From assembly GCF_009914755.1 (NCBI RefSeq), contig NC_060932.1: a stretch of DNA of 64,000 bases; one strand, 5' to 3'. The position numbers and the translations under genes were made by a program. Source of the DNA: the human T2T-CHM13v2.0 reference genome, Homo sapiens. This document shows positions 43,234 to 56,949 of this stretch, in pieces. Every line of letters begins with the position of its first letter. Position 1 is the stretch's first letter. The notes under the pieces are model-generated. The model made no database searches. It saw only the letters and a program-made list of their open reading frames with translations, and was not told where the DNA came from.

Positions 43234-43415
43234 AACATATTTATTTAAATTGGGAAAATATATGGCTGTTAGAGTGACCAAAATGGGTATCATACAAAGA
43301 AATTTGTTCTCATAGGTTTTGGGATGGAATGGGAGAGTCAAGTACCCAAATGAGAATGCACCCATGATGCAGATGCACATTTTCTGAAAGCTAGAAATGA
43401 CTGCTACATAAAAAA

Positions 43416-43545
43416 GCTGGTTGCAGTGGCATATGCCTATGGTCCCAGCTACTCGGGAGGCTGAGTCAGGAGGATCACTTGAGCCGAGGAGCTCGAAGCT
43501 AGCCTGGGCAACATAGTGATAACTTATCTCTAAAATAAAAGAAAA
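43416..43545 (+). mobile_element. FLAM (free left Alu monomer)
   Basis: About 130-bp monomer with A-rich tail; AGAAATGACT(G/C)CTA repeated on both sides. Confidence 0.8.
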
Positions 43546-46329
43546 GAAATGACTCCTATAACCAAAACCCTGGGAAAGTTAAGAGATCCAGGAGTGCCAC
43601 AGGAAAGAGCTAGTGCCTTGTGCAGCCAGTGGCAAAGGGAAGCCAAGAAGCTGTTTGTCTCTCTCTTCATTTTGTCCCAACTGAAAGACCTTCCACAAAT
43701 GGGAAAATTTGCATGGCATAAGCAACCTTAGTTCCTATGTACCATTTACTGCCTTAATGCTTGTTATTTTTAATTTGAATGTTAATGACAACTTATTTTT
43801 AGAATCTTGTAAAAACTTGTAAATTGAATGTGTACTATGTGTTTTAATTATTGTTTTAATTTCTTGGGGAGGAATTCAAGGAAGCCTATTTAGACATGCA
43901 GCTACAATTCCTTATTATACATATATACCTATATGTACATACTATTGCTTATAATATTGATTTCCAAGATGATGTCGTTGAAAGGCCTTTAGATAGAAGA
44001 CTTTGTTTTGGTCACAATATTACTATTAAATAGGAAGTAATTTCTCTTTGTAGGGCCTTTACCTTTTTTATGCTAAACAATAAACAAGTGTGTTAGGTAA
44101 AATAATTTCAGTCTCCATTCAGTAATATGAATTTATTAGTTTGTCTTAATTTAAGAAGATGGTGAAGAATAATAGAGAATCTGTAACTTAATTTTGCACA
44201 AAATGATTCTCATGTATATGTACTTTCTACTTGGTCACACACTGACATTTATGAGGAAATTGTATTAGGAGGTTTTGAATATTTCTTACCTATATAACTT
44301 GAAATAGATTGTGAAGAATCAATAAAATTATTGAAATAGTTTTCATTATAAAGGTGGAAAAATTTTCTGTATGATAACATAACACTTCAAATAAATTTAG
44401 GAATACTGCAAACGGATTAATGTAAAATTAAATTATTGAACTTCAGGCATATTATATAATTTCATTTTTATTCATGTGGAAGAATAGAAACATAAACTAG
44501 TGGAGATAGTAGAATATTTTAGAGAGAAATAGTCAATTTAAGTGCGAGTAACTAAGAATGATTGTTGATAGGTGTTAAAAAAAAAAGAACCTCCCCCCCA
44601 TTTTGATAATTATTGTGAAAGGTAATATACTTATTTGAGAAAAAAGTATCTAAATATTTATCTTTTTTTCAGATTGAGAGTATATTATCTTAAATTGTGA
44701 CTCAAATATTTTGTCATTCTTGATTACAGTTGAGATTTTACTTAATATTACATTACATAAACCATTAGCTGAGAATAATTGAAGCATATTGCAAACCACT
44801 AAACATAATAATCTTTTGTAAAGAGTGAAGACTGGAAATGAGTTTTCAATTTTTTATAACAAAATTCCATTAGTGGTGGTTTATATATTTTTAGCCAGAA
44901 AGTATTTTTGCCAAATAATATCATATGTAAAACTGCAACTTAGGAATAGATTGAAAAATTGATTAGAATGATGCTGGTGGACCCAGAGTCCAATTTTCTT
45001 GGCCACTTAGTTCTCTCCTTTTTTTCCACCCAACAAGGCTCAATACTCTAGAACTCTGGGCATTGGAAAAGCAGTTTGAAAATCAATACCTTATTGCATA
45101 AAGTATGTAACTGTAGTATATGCAGTAAATTATTCTATAAATGGAGACATTAGCCTATAATATAACCAATATTTGAGAGACATTTTTTTATTTATGCATA
45201 TAAAATACAAGTGATTGTTTTCTCACTAATAGAAATTAAATCTTTGCATCCTAAAGAGAGTTTAGACTAGACTATGAAAAAAGGGTAGTCTAGTTTAAAA
45301 TGGTGCTCCTGATTACTTAGAAATAATCAAATGAACTACGGAGCTTCTATGTAGGAAATCAATGTGCATTCTCAAGAAAATGAAATAAATTATTGCTCCC
45401 AAGTTTGCTCAAACTGCTGCATTAAAATCCTGGCTAGAATCAGATGGTTGTGAAAAACACAGCACTGTTGATTTATCAAAATACTAGAAAACATATTTTA
45501 TTTTGGGATCTTTTTATTGAGTGTCTCACTTTGGAAAGATTTAAAATAACGAGTTTCAGATCTGGATGTTTCTCCGGATGTTAATGAACTGCTCAGATGT
45601 ACTCAGGCGAGGTTAGCTGGAAATCTCTCCAACATGTTTGATGGCATTTATATAATGTGATTGTCTTCATAGAATGTTTACCACTGAGCATCTTCCCGAG
45701 AAGCAGTCAATAAACACTTGACTGATAGCTCACAGAGCTACTAAGCTAACAGATGTCTTTGTTGACAGTCTCAGTATAGCCAAAGCAGATTTACTCATCA
45801 TTGTTTACAAGTTTTCCCATCTTCCCCAGTTTTCTGTCAGGCTTAGTCATAAACACTGTACCATCTTCTCTGAGCATGTAATCTCAGATTCACCGTACTT
45901 TTTCACTTCTCATGACTCTAGTAGTCAACAAATCAAGAAACGTTATCATTTCCCTAATTCCACAAAGCCATAACTGTATTTTTCAACCAAAACCTGCCCT
46001 TGAGTCAGAATTGGATTATTCCACAGGCAAACCAGGCAAAGGTCTGTTGGGCCTCAGATTAACTCGTATTTTTCCAGAAAGGGAGAGGCAGCATCACCAG
46101 CTAGCTGTAACAATATTCTTGTCCTTGATAATGACATCACACTGGATGACACCAATCCTTGAAAACCTTCAAGGTAGCTTGATGTTATGGAAATTACCCA
46201 TGCCCCTGAGCAGATTTCATTAGACACTTTTATTTGTGAGCCAATGGTATAATCACATTGTGCTAGGAACAACTAGAGAGAAACCAAGCGTGCACAGTCT
46301 ATCACGTTAAGAACCTAAATATGGCTTGA

Positions 46330-46565
46330 GTGGCATTATTGTATTGTGGTGAAGAACACAGACTCTAGAGCCAGATCGCCTGAGTTCAAATCCCTCTTCT
46401 GTTACTTACTACCTGTGCAACCTTGAGCAAGTTAAATCTTTTATCTCTTGATTTCTATGTCTTAAATGAGGATTATGAAAATAACTATCTCATGCAATTG
46501 TGATAATTAAATAAGTTAATATAGGTTACTTATAGGTCCCAAGTGCCTGACACGTAGTAAGCCCT
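46330..46565 (+). mobile_element. MIR
   Basis: CAGACTCTAGAGCCAGATCGCCTGAGTTCAAATCC...ACCTTGAGCAAGTTA...GTGCCTGACACGTAGTAAG. Confidence 0.8.
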
Positions 46566-47559
46566 ATGTATATTTGCTACTGTACTTGACAGGGCACTTC
46601 TTTGTCTCTTTATTTCTCATTTGCTCATGCCACATATATTTTGAATTCATCAAGCTGAACTCCAAAAGCGGTAATGAGGAAAACACCTCTCTAGTATTTG
46701 TTTGTACTAACTGATGTACGTATGTGTGTGTATATGTATGTGTGTATGTATGTATGTGTGTGTTGCATTTGAAAGAGAAGGAGCTGAGAATAAAGCCAGC
46801 AGTTTGATATTTATCTGCAGGTCTATGGACTGGGTTTGAATGGCCATGTTTAAAAGACTGACAGAATGATAACTGTAAGAGAGATCTGGGAAGTGCCAAG
46901 CAGGCTGTGATGGTCAGAAGCTGAAGAAACTCTCCAGTGAGACTTTGTGAATAGCAAACAGTTACTCTGGAGTGTTGCAGAATAGCTTCTGAAGGCTGAC
47001 TCTGTTGATTAACCATCACTTACTGCACTTCACTTTAGTCTACTTGCCTAGTTCAAATAAATCGATACCCCCTTTAGTATTGGGCACTTGAACAAACAAA
47101 CAAAAACATCCTATTTAGTGGGCACAAGCCCATAATAGGAAAAGCTAAGACTGAATAGTTTTTCAGGTCTCATTCTTCCACTTTTGGCTTCAGAGCAGAA
47201 AACCCTCGGTGATAGAATATTCTATCCCTGGAGCTTGGGCAGCTCCAGTGTGGTTCCTCCTAGGCCATGAGTAGCCAGGATCGATATCTTTTCAGTCCTG
47301 GGACAGTTGGAGAAAGGTCCATTCTGATGAATGCGTAATACCAATTGTAGCAGCCCAGTTGGTGAATAGAGCTCAGACCTTTCGAAGCATTTCCCCTACT
47401 GCCTTTCCAAAGACTTCTCTCTGTCAGGATCTTGCAGGTTCCTGTCTCTTAAGGCTGTCACAATGAGCTAATGACCCATTGGCTTATTTCCCCCTAGAAT
47501 CGAGAAAGAGAAGGGAGGCCTCAATTACTGTGACGAGCCAGAAGACAGTAGCTTCTTGT

Positions 47560-50080
47560 TATTTGTGGTAATTGTGTTCTTATGTTTGAATTTTAATCAA
47601 TCCAGTACATGTACGTAAGGAAAAATCAGTTTAAAAACTTATAGCAAACACAGTAGCTTTCTACCCCGCTCTTCTCCACCCCAGATCCTGCCCTTTAGAG
47701 GAGAGCTGCACGCGCTTCTTTGCATCTGTATAATTTCCACTATTTCTAAAGAATCTGCTTCTGCTGCTAGCTTTTGTTTTATTAATTTTAGGTATCTATT
47801 GGCTTCTGTTATTGTAGTTAAGGATGGATCTTATTTACATGACTTCCCCTTCCTACTGCCTCTCAATGTAGTTTTATCACTATTTTTGGTTTTCACTATC
47901 AATCTTTAGAATATTTTGACCACTGAACTACATGTAGATTGTACCATGATTATGTTTCATATCTTTCATGATAATTTTGACAGCTCTTGTTTGTTGTTCT
48001 CTACTCTCCTGTTTTCTTCATTCTTATGGAATTATATTTTTTCATTTATTTTCAATCTTGAGTAACTTGATTTTGCTCCGTGAAAACTTGTAAAATTTTC
48101 TCTTTACCTTCTGTGTTAGTGTTCTGTGGTTGCTGTAATAAATTATCATAAATAGGGTGGCTTAAACAACAAAAAAATTATTCTCTTACAGTTCTGGAGA
48201 ATAGAAGGCTGAAATCTGTATCACCTGGCCGAAATCAAGGTGTTGGCAGAGGTGCACTCCCTCTAGAGGCTCTAGGGGGGATTCCACCCTTTGCCTCTGC
48301 CAGCTCCTGAATGTGCTACAGACATTTGCTTTAAATGTTTAGGGGATTATTAAAATAGACGAGCAATGAATAGCCTTCAGAATAAATCTTGTTTTCCAGG
48401 CTCTGATGGCTGCTGGCATTCCTTGAGACTGGACATCACTCCAATCTCTGTCTCTGTGGTCACTTGGCCTTTTCTTCTGTGTGTAGTATCTATCTGATGC
48501 TCTCTTATACACACATATGATGGCATTTAGGCCCTATCCAGATAATTCAGGATAAATCTCACATCAAGATTCTCAATTTAATCACACCTGCAGACTTTAC
48601 TATTCAAAGTAACATTCACAGGTGCCAGGGATTAGGAATTGCCATCTTTGTGGGTCATTATTCAGCATACTACACCTTCAAATTCCATTATTGCCATGTA
48701 TGCCCTACTGTATGTCTTGTAAAATCTTCCTGAACCTCAGTAAGAACCTTAAACGTACAGATTCAAAACATTTTTTAAAATCACAAATTTTTTTCATTAT
48801 AATGTCTTTAATTTTTTCTTTGTTACTTTTTCCCTGAAATTTCATGATTTATTTATTAGATATTTTAGATCTATTTTTTCCTTTTTCCTTATGATTAACT
48901 TCTCCATAAATTTTTTTTCTTTTGAGATATGTTTTCCTCTGGATCTTTAAAGACACTAATTGGGTTATCAATAGTGGCCATTCTTTCAATTAAACTATTT
49001 AATTTTTTAAAGAAAAATATCTAGTAATTTTTGACTCACAGAAATCTCACGGTATTTAAATCATAGGTTCTTTATTTTTGGATGCTGTCTGATCTAGTAG
49101 TTTTGATGTTCTATTTGTTCTTTCTCTTCTTCTTTTTATGCTTATTGTTACTTTTTTTTTTTTTTTTTTTCTCTGTCTTGGGTGCATTGTGCTTTTATTC
49201 TTTTTCTTTACCATTGGGGCTTAGGTTTAGCTGCTGGGATATCTTAAAGTAGCCTCTGCTGCTATGGTCTTATTTCTTCACATCTAGTAATTTTTGATAG
49301 TGTACTAGATATTGTAAAACATATTTATAAAAGTATGATTTTTTTTCTTTAAAAGTTTGGATTTTGAGCTGGCAGGCAGGAAATTTACTGGTGGATCATC
49401 ATAATTCTTTGAAACCTGTTTTTAAGCTATATCAACTTTATTAAAGGTCTAGGGTAGATCTTCTTCTATAGCTAGAGTAGTTCTGCTTCTAAGCTATGGC
49501 CTTTGTAAGAAGTCTCAACTGAGCGCCTGGGGTTTTTAGCAAGATCTTTCCATGGTTGCTGGTCAGAATTTCTATTTCTTCAACCAATTTGAAACCACAA
49601 AGATATACATTTTATTTCACAAATACCTAGCAGTTGTTCTCTACCATCTTCCTGAGTCTCACCATGTGCATGCACAGCTTTAGAATTTAGCCAATGTAGT
49701 AAGAGGACCCCTATATAGATTTGTGAGGTCTTTGTCTTCATGGCTTCCTTGTCTGCAGTAGCCAGTTCCACATACTTCAGCCTTCTTAGCAACTTTAAAC
49801 ATTGATTTTTGCTTCCTCAGCTCAATGATACTGCTGTGCTCTGCTTAACTTGCCTCCCTGCATTATAGTCTGGAAAGATTTCCCCTGTAGAAATTCAGGC
49901 CAATTATGGGGCTTACTTTGTGTGTTTCCTCTTTCTCAGGGATCAGAGTTTTGTGCTGCCTTTTGACTAATGTCTGACAATATCGCTATGTGTGTTGTCC
50001 AATTTTACAGTCATTTACCATGGGAGGAATAGTCTGGTACCAGTTACTTTATTATGTTTATAATCAGACATTTTCCTGCT
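47560..50080 (-). mobile_element. Old L1M fragments, interrupted by MLT1
   Basis: T-rich antisense L1ME/MC-like sequence; boundaries approximate. Confidence 0.45.
48112..48675 (-). mobile_element. MLT1 (C/D-like) LTR
   Basis: TGTGTTAGT...GGTGGCTTAAACAAC...TTACAGTTCTGGAG...AATCAAGGTGTTGGCAG...TATTCAGCATACTACA. Confidence 0.85.
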
Positions 50081-50089
50081 GCCAATTTA

Positions 50090-50915
50090 ATATATTCACT
50101 TGAATATTTTAAAGGCATTTCAAATGCAACATGACCAAGAAAAAAAAATTAATGGTCCTCTTTTCCCAAATCTGGTTCAGTTATACAAGTTGGAAACTTA
50201 GAAATCATCTTTGATGTCTCCTTCTTTCTCATCTTCCACATCTGGTGAATCATCAAGATACCTAAGTATCTCTTGAATTTATACTTCTCTCCATCTCCAC
50301 CACTCACCTGTTAGATGAAGCATCATGTTGAAATAGCTTCCCAACTGATTTATTTAATAGTTAACTCTTGACTCCTCTATCAGTTTATCTTCTCATTGCA
50401 GCCTGGCTGATCTTGTTTAAAAGTCAACTGGGTCATGTTTTTCTCTTCTCCACATCTTGGTTTGAATCCTTCAATGGCTTTCCATTGGTCATAGAATGTG
50501 GGCAAAACTCCTTAACATGGCCTTGTAATCTCTGCATGATCTGTTCTCTACCTACTAGACAGCTTTGTTAAAGATCTCATTTACCTTACTCTCTTCACTT
50601 CATTCCATGAGATTTTGCTCATGCTATTTTCTTAGGAATGGTTTTCTTTCATCTATTTAGTTAATTTTCTCTCACCTTTTAGGACTCAGTCTTATTATTT
50701 ATCTCTTCTTTACAGAAAATTCCTGACTAGGTCAAATTCCTAAATTAATATGTTCAAATTCATATATATCAATTGAAATTTCACATTTGTGTGACTTCTT
50801 TAATGTCTTATCCTCTGCTACAGTAAATACTATAAAAGCAGTTTCATTAATATTTTTTGCCCATACTTAGCAGAATGTCTGAAATAGAAGTGATAAAGTA
50901 ATATTGCTTGAATAA
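50090..50915. mobile_element. L2 3' region
   Basis: AGGCATTTCAAATGCAACATGACC...GAAACTTAGAAATCATCTTTGA...CTTCAATGGCTTTCCATTG...CTTAGCAGAATGTCTG. Confidence 0.65.
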
Positions 50916-51284
50916 GAAAATTTGCTCAAAATCAAGAAGATGGTAACTGTAGGTACATCACTGCCCATACCTGTTATCATATGAGAATTGCAGGCATAGT
51001 TTCCATTAGAAACATAAAGTTCATATTTATATCAGTGTCAGAAATGTCACAATACCAATTTCTATATTGGATGGCAGCTCTCTTTTAAGTAAATTCTGCT
51101 TATTATCAAATCATAAATAAATATTTAGAAGTTTCTTGCTGTTTTCAGAATTTAAATACTAAAATCCCAAAAGCAGGTATAAAAAGTATTTTTAACATCA
51201 TACAAGTGTTAAATTTACACATAAAATGAACAACATCTAAAGTTACATTTAGTAGCAGTATACCATGATTCTATCATATTTATG

Positions 51285-51500
51285 TTAACTTATGCTGGTT
51301 TGCTTGTATGCCAGACACTATTTGAAGTGCTTTGAAAGTATTAACTCATTTAACTATTAAAGCAACATTATGAAGAAGGTATTATAATTATTATTTCCAC
51401 TCTATAGATGAAGAAACAGAGGTACAGATACATTAAATAATTTTCTAATGTTCAACAACAGAATCAAGATAAAAACCCAGAATTGTTGGCTTTAGAGAGT
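51285..51500 (-). mobile_element. MIR
   Basis: TATGCCAGACACT...ATTAACTCATTTAA...ATAGATGAAGAAACAGAGG core. Confidence 0.7.
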
Positions 51501-52659
51501 TTAATAATTTTTAGATTCTTTTTGCGTGGCTTCTGGATTCTAGCCAGTTTCTTGAAAGTCACAGTAACTGTACAATGAAAGTTTGGCCCATTTATACGAC
51601 AGAGTTTTATTATACCTAGTCTTTGAAAATCCATATGTCCTACATCTCAGTAAAGGAGGTGAGACAAGTGAATATGTATGTGGAGATAGAGATAGGTACA
51701 TTGTTAACATTCTATGTGGTATATTTTTCTTACCTCATGCTTCCCTTGAAGAAAAATAGTGTTAACTCTGAAATATTTGTGGGGGTTGTAAAATGGGCAG
51801 AATTTAAGGATTTCAATGTGATCTATTAGATTGAATGAGAGCAGCCAGAAAATTAGTTAAATGTACTCAATTTGGTAAATGATCTGTCATAGGACTCAAT
51901 TTAAAAAATCCTTTTAAGCAGAATTTAGGTTTTGTGGATTTGGCAAGGTATCAAATCTTATGAAATATTTGGAGGTCTTAATTCAGCAGTGGACTCAAAA
52001 TAGATTCTCCTTAATGAGAGTTAAAAGATAAACGGCAAAAATCGAAATACAGCTTGCTGTAATGTTTCATGAAATTGCCAGATTGCCAGATGATACTTAA
52101 TTGGAAGCTCAGAAAATAATGATGAGCAACCTAATCAGAAAAAATGTTTTTGGTCTAAATTCCTGAAGAAGGAGATTGCACACACAGTAGACCATAAACT
52201 GGAGACATCTAAAAATGAGTTTGTGAAAAACTAAACACTAGTCCCTCTAAACAAAAACAGGCATACAAACAAAAAATAGAAACCAGCTGTTTACATTAAC
52301 GTATCACTACATTTTTTGAGAAGGAAAGAATTTACTCAGACTGAAAAATGAAAAGTAGCTCTGAATGCTTCTGTGCAATAGTGTGTCTCTGTACTTAGCA
52401 GCGACTGCTAAAAGTCTTTCATCGAAGTATATAATACATTTGCTCCATTTAAGAATTACAGCTTGGCATGCAATGTGTCCAATTTTGTCATTACTTGAGG
52501 GAGAAGAAAAAGTGTGATCAGTATACTAGAAATCTTGTTCTGGAAATTCAGAGTTGCATTGCTTTTCTTGTAATTAGCATCTTAACCTCTGGGTATATTT
52601 TATTAGAGAGACAAGAAAAATTCCAGGGATCCTGTAGAGTTGTACCATGTAATACAAGC

Positions 52660-52865
52660 GGCAATTTAAATTCAAATTTAAATAATTAAAGTTAAATAAA
52701 AGTAGAAATTTAATTCCTCAGTTGCATTGGCCACATTTTAATTGCTCAATAGCTTCTTGTAGCTAGTTGCTACAGTATTGAACAGAACAAATATATAGAA
52801 TATTGGACAGCACAGATACTAAACATTCCCCCATCATCTTAGAAAGTTACATTGCACAGTGCTAC
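52660..52865 (+). mobile_element. hAT-Charlie MITE fragment (MER3/MER33-like)
   Basis: TTCCTCAGTTGCATTGGCCACATTT..GCTCAATAGC..GCTAGTTGCTACAGTATTG..CATCATC..GAAAGTT..ATTG.ACAGTGCT. Confidence 0.7.
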
Positions 52866-52904
52866 TTCTGAGTACTTATATTTGGTCATCTCAGTTCTGT
52901 TTTC

Positions 52905-53046
52905 TTATTTTTATTTTTATTTATTTTTTAGAGATAGGGTCTTGCAATATTGTCCAGGCTGGTCTTAAACACCTGGTCTCAAGTGATCCTTCCACTTCAG
53001 CCTCCCAAATTTCTGGTATTACATGTGTGAACCATCATGCCTGACC
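52905..53046 (-). mobile_element. FLAM_C-like Alu monomer
   Basis: Antisense monomer; TSD CTCAGTTCTGTTTTC. Confidence 0.82.
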
Positions 53047-53344
53047 TCAGTTCTGTTTTCAGTTTCCATGGTTTTATTCTATCTGTCTGAAGCTCATATT
53101 AATTTTCCATGTGGATATATTGTAGTGAAAATGTCTTTCCATTATTCATTTCTTAAAACTCAATCTCCTAATCTGTGGCTATTAAGACTTAATTTACAGG
53201 GTTTTTAATGAGCATTAAAGTGAAATAATATAAGAAAACTGACACATAGTAAATTTGCAATGAATACTAATTTGCATTCTTTATAATGTAATCTTTTTTT
53301 CAATGATAATAGATCATACTCCTTGGGGAATCTGGTGAAGGTTA

Positions 53345-54128
53345 TGAGGACTAAGAGCTGATTTTTTTTTGTTTTACCCAAATTCCTATCTAAGGGGTCT
53401 GGGGAGTCATGCCCTACAAAACATAAATTCTTATCAGATGGGTTATATTTAACTCTATATATCATGACTTACTTTCCAACCTGACTTTGGCATAATATAA
53501 TGAGACAAGAAAGAAAATTAAAAATTTTTATCCCAAAACATATTTCTTTGCGGTATCTCGAAATGGCCCTGCAAAGCTGTCCTTTGTGGGGGAAAATTTG
53601 CATCTGTAAAGAATCTGTTAACATAGCTAGATCTTTTTCTTCCAGGCCCTCCCAGTCCTAAAGAGATTAACTAAAAGTCTAGCACCTCTTAAAGATCTGA
53701 ATAGGAAACACTTGTCATCTATTGTCTCTAAGGGCAGCCATTGTAAGACTTCAAAAGAACCTTGATCGCCACAATCTTTCATCTTAACCTCAACATTTCC
53801 TTTCTACTGATCCCAGGTCTTTAGACTAACTCAGCTAATTATCAACTAGAAAATGTTTAAATTTACCTATAGCCTGGAAGCCTCCCCCTACCCCCAACCC
53901 CGTTTTCAGTTGACCCACCTTTCTGGACCAAAACAATGTATTTCTTAAATGTATTTTGATTGATGTCTCATGCCTCTCTAAAATGTGTAAAATCAAGCTG
54001 TGCCCGACCACCTTGGGCTTATGTTCTCAGGACCTCGTGAGGGCTGTGTCATGGGCCATGGTCACTCATATTTGGCTCAGAATAAATCTTTTCAAATATT
54101 TTACACAGTTTGACTCTTTTTGTTAACA
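53345..54128 (+). mobile_element. MER4 (D/E-like) solo LTR
   Basis: TGAGGACTAAG..CCCAAATTCCTATCTAAGGGGTCTGGGGAGTCATGCCCTAC start; AATAAATCT..TTTGACTCTTTTTGTTAACA end; perfect 4-bp TSD GTTA. Confidence 0.9.
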
Positions 54129-54239
54129 GTTATAGGAGAAATAGATATACTCTGAGTTTAGAGAAAGCCTGTTTCGACTTCTGCATGACTTTCATCTAAT
54201 ATTCTTGTCTTCTTATTTTTTATGCTCCTTCTATGTTAT

Positions 54240-55656
<1,417 letters not shown>

Positions 55657-55661
55657 AATTC

Positions 55662-56042
55662 TGTCATGCACGTCCTTGTGAAGAGACCACCAAACAGGCT
55701 TTGTGTGAGCAACAAGGCTGTTTATTTCATCTGGGTGCAGGTGGGTTGAGTCTGAAAAGAGAGTCAGCAAAGGGAGATGGGGTGGGGCCGTTTTATAGGA
55801 TTTGGGTTAGGTAGCGGAAAATTAACAGTCAAAGAGGGTTGTTCTCTGGCGGGCAGGGGCGGGGGGTCACAAGGTGCTCAGTGGGGGAGCTTTTGAGCCA
55901 GGATAAGCTAGGAGAAGGAATTTCACAAGGTAATGTTATCAGTTAAGGCAGGAACCTGCCATTTTCACTTCCTTTTGTGATTCTTTGGTTACTTCAGGCC
56001 ATCTGGATGTATACGTGCCGGCTTGGGCTCAGAGGCCTGACA
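55662..56042 (-). repeat. HERV-H 3' LTR (LTR7 family)
   Basis: 381 bp, TG...CA; GC box, TATAAAA, AATAAA. Confidence 0.93.
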
Positions 56043-56318
56043 TTCCTGTCTTCTTATATTAATAAGAAAAATAAAATAAAATAGTGTTGAAGTGTTAGGG
56101 CAGTGAAAATTTTGGGGGGTGGTATAGAGAGATAATGGGTGATGTTTCTCAAGGCTGCTTTGAGTGGGATTGGGGTGGCGTGGGAACCTAGAGTGGGAGA
56201 GATTAAGCTGAAGGAAGATTTTGTGGTAGGGGGTGATATTGTGGGGATGTTAGAAAAAACATTTGTCGTATAGAATGATTGGTGATGGCCTGGATATGGT
56301 TTTGTAAGAATTGAGAAA

Positions 56319-56620
56319 CTAAACGGAAGACACAGGTCCAAATAAGAGACGTAGAAAAACAGGTATTAAAGGACTAAGAATTGGGAGGACCCAGGACATC
56401 CAATTAGAGAGTGCCCAAGGGGGTTCAGCATAATTACTTGGTTGGCGAGTTTTTTGGGCTCTATCCTTGAGTTTTTTTATGTTGTCATATACCAGGCCAG
56501 ATTGATTTAGTTTTGTAAAAACACTCTTCATTTTAAAATATACAGAGTTCTCTTTTTTCAGCAGTAAGTCAAGGCCTCGGCAATTTTGGAGGAAAGAGAA
56601 ATGCAAAGCCAGCAATTGTT
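56319..56620 (-). pseudogene. env: HERV-H env TM remnant
   Basis: LQNCRGLDLL (ISD)...LNQSGLVYDNIKKLKDRAQK...WMSWVLPILSPL. Confidence 0.85.
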
Positions 56621-56949
56621 TGTTAAAGAAGGATTAGAAACGGCTAGGAGGGAGTGAGTGAAATTGATAGTGTGGTGGAGATAGCTGGGGAGAGGTAGAA
56701 GGTGGCATAAGAACAGGAATGAGAGTAAGAGTGAATGTAAAAGTAAAGAATAGGACCTCATCAGGGTGAAAGTATTGGAGTGTACCTTGCCACTGAAGAT
56801 CTTCTATCCACTTTGAGAGACTTAAGGGTGGCAGTTTGAGGTAAAACCAGGAGATATCAGTTATGATGGTTTGGAGGAAAAGTGTAAACCAGCAGTGTAA
56901 ACAAGGGCAGGGCATTTATGAGTAGTTGAGAATAGTGAATAGGAGTATG

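Noticed and set aside
46564-47019. 151-aa minus-strand ORF
   Set aside because: Runs through a (TG/TA) microsatellite (HTYTHT) and has no domain signature.
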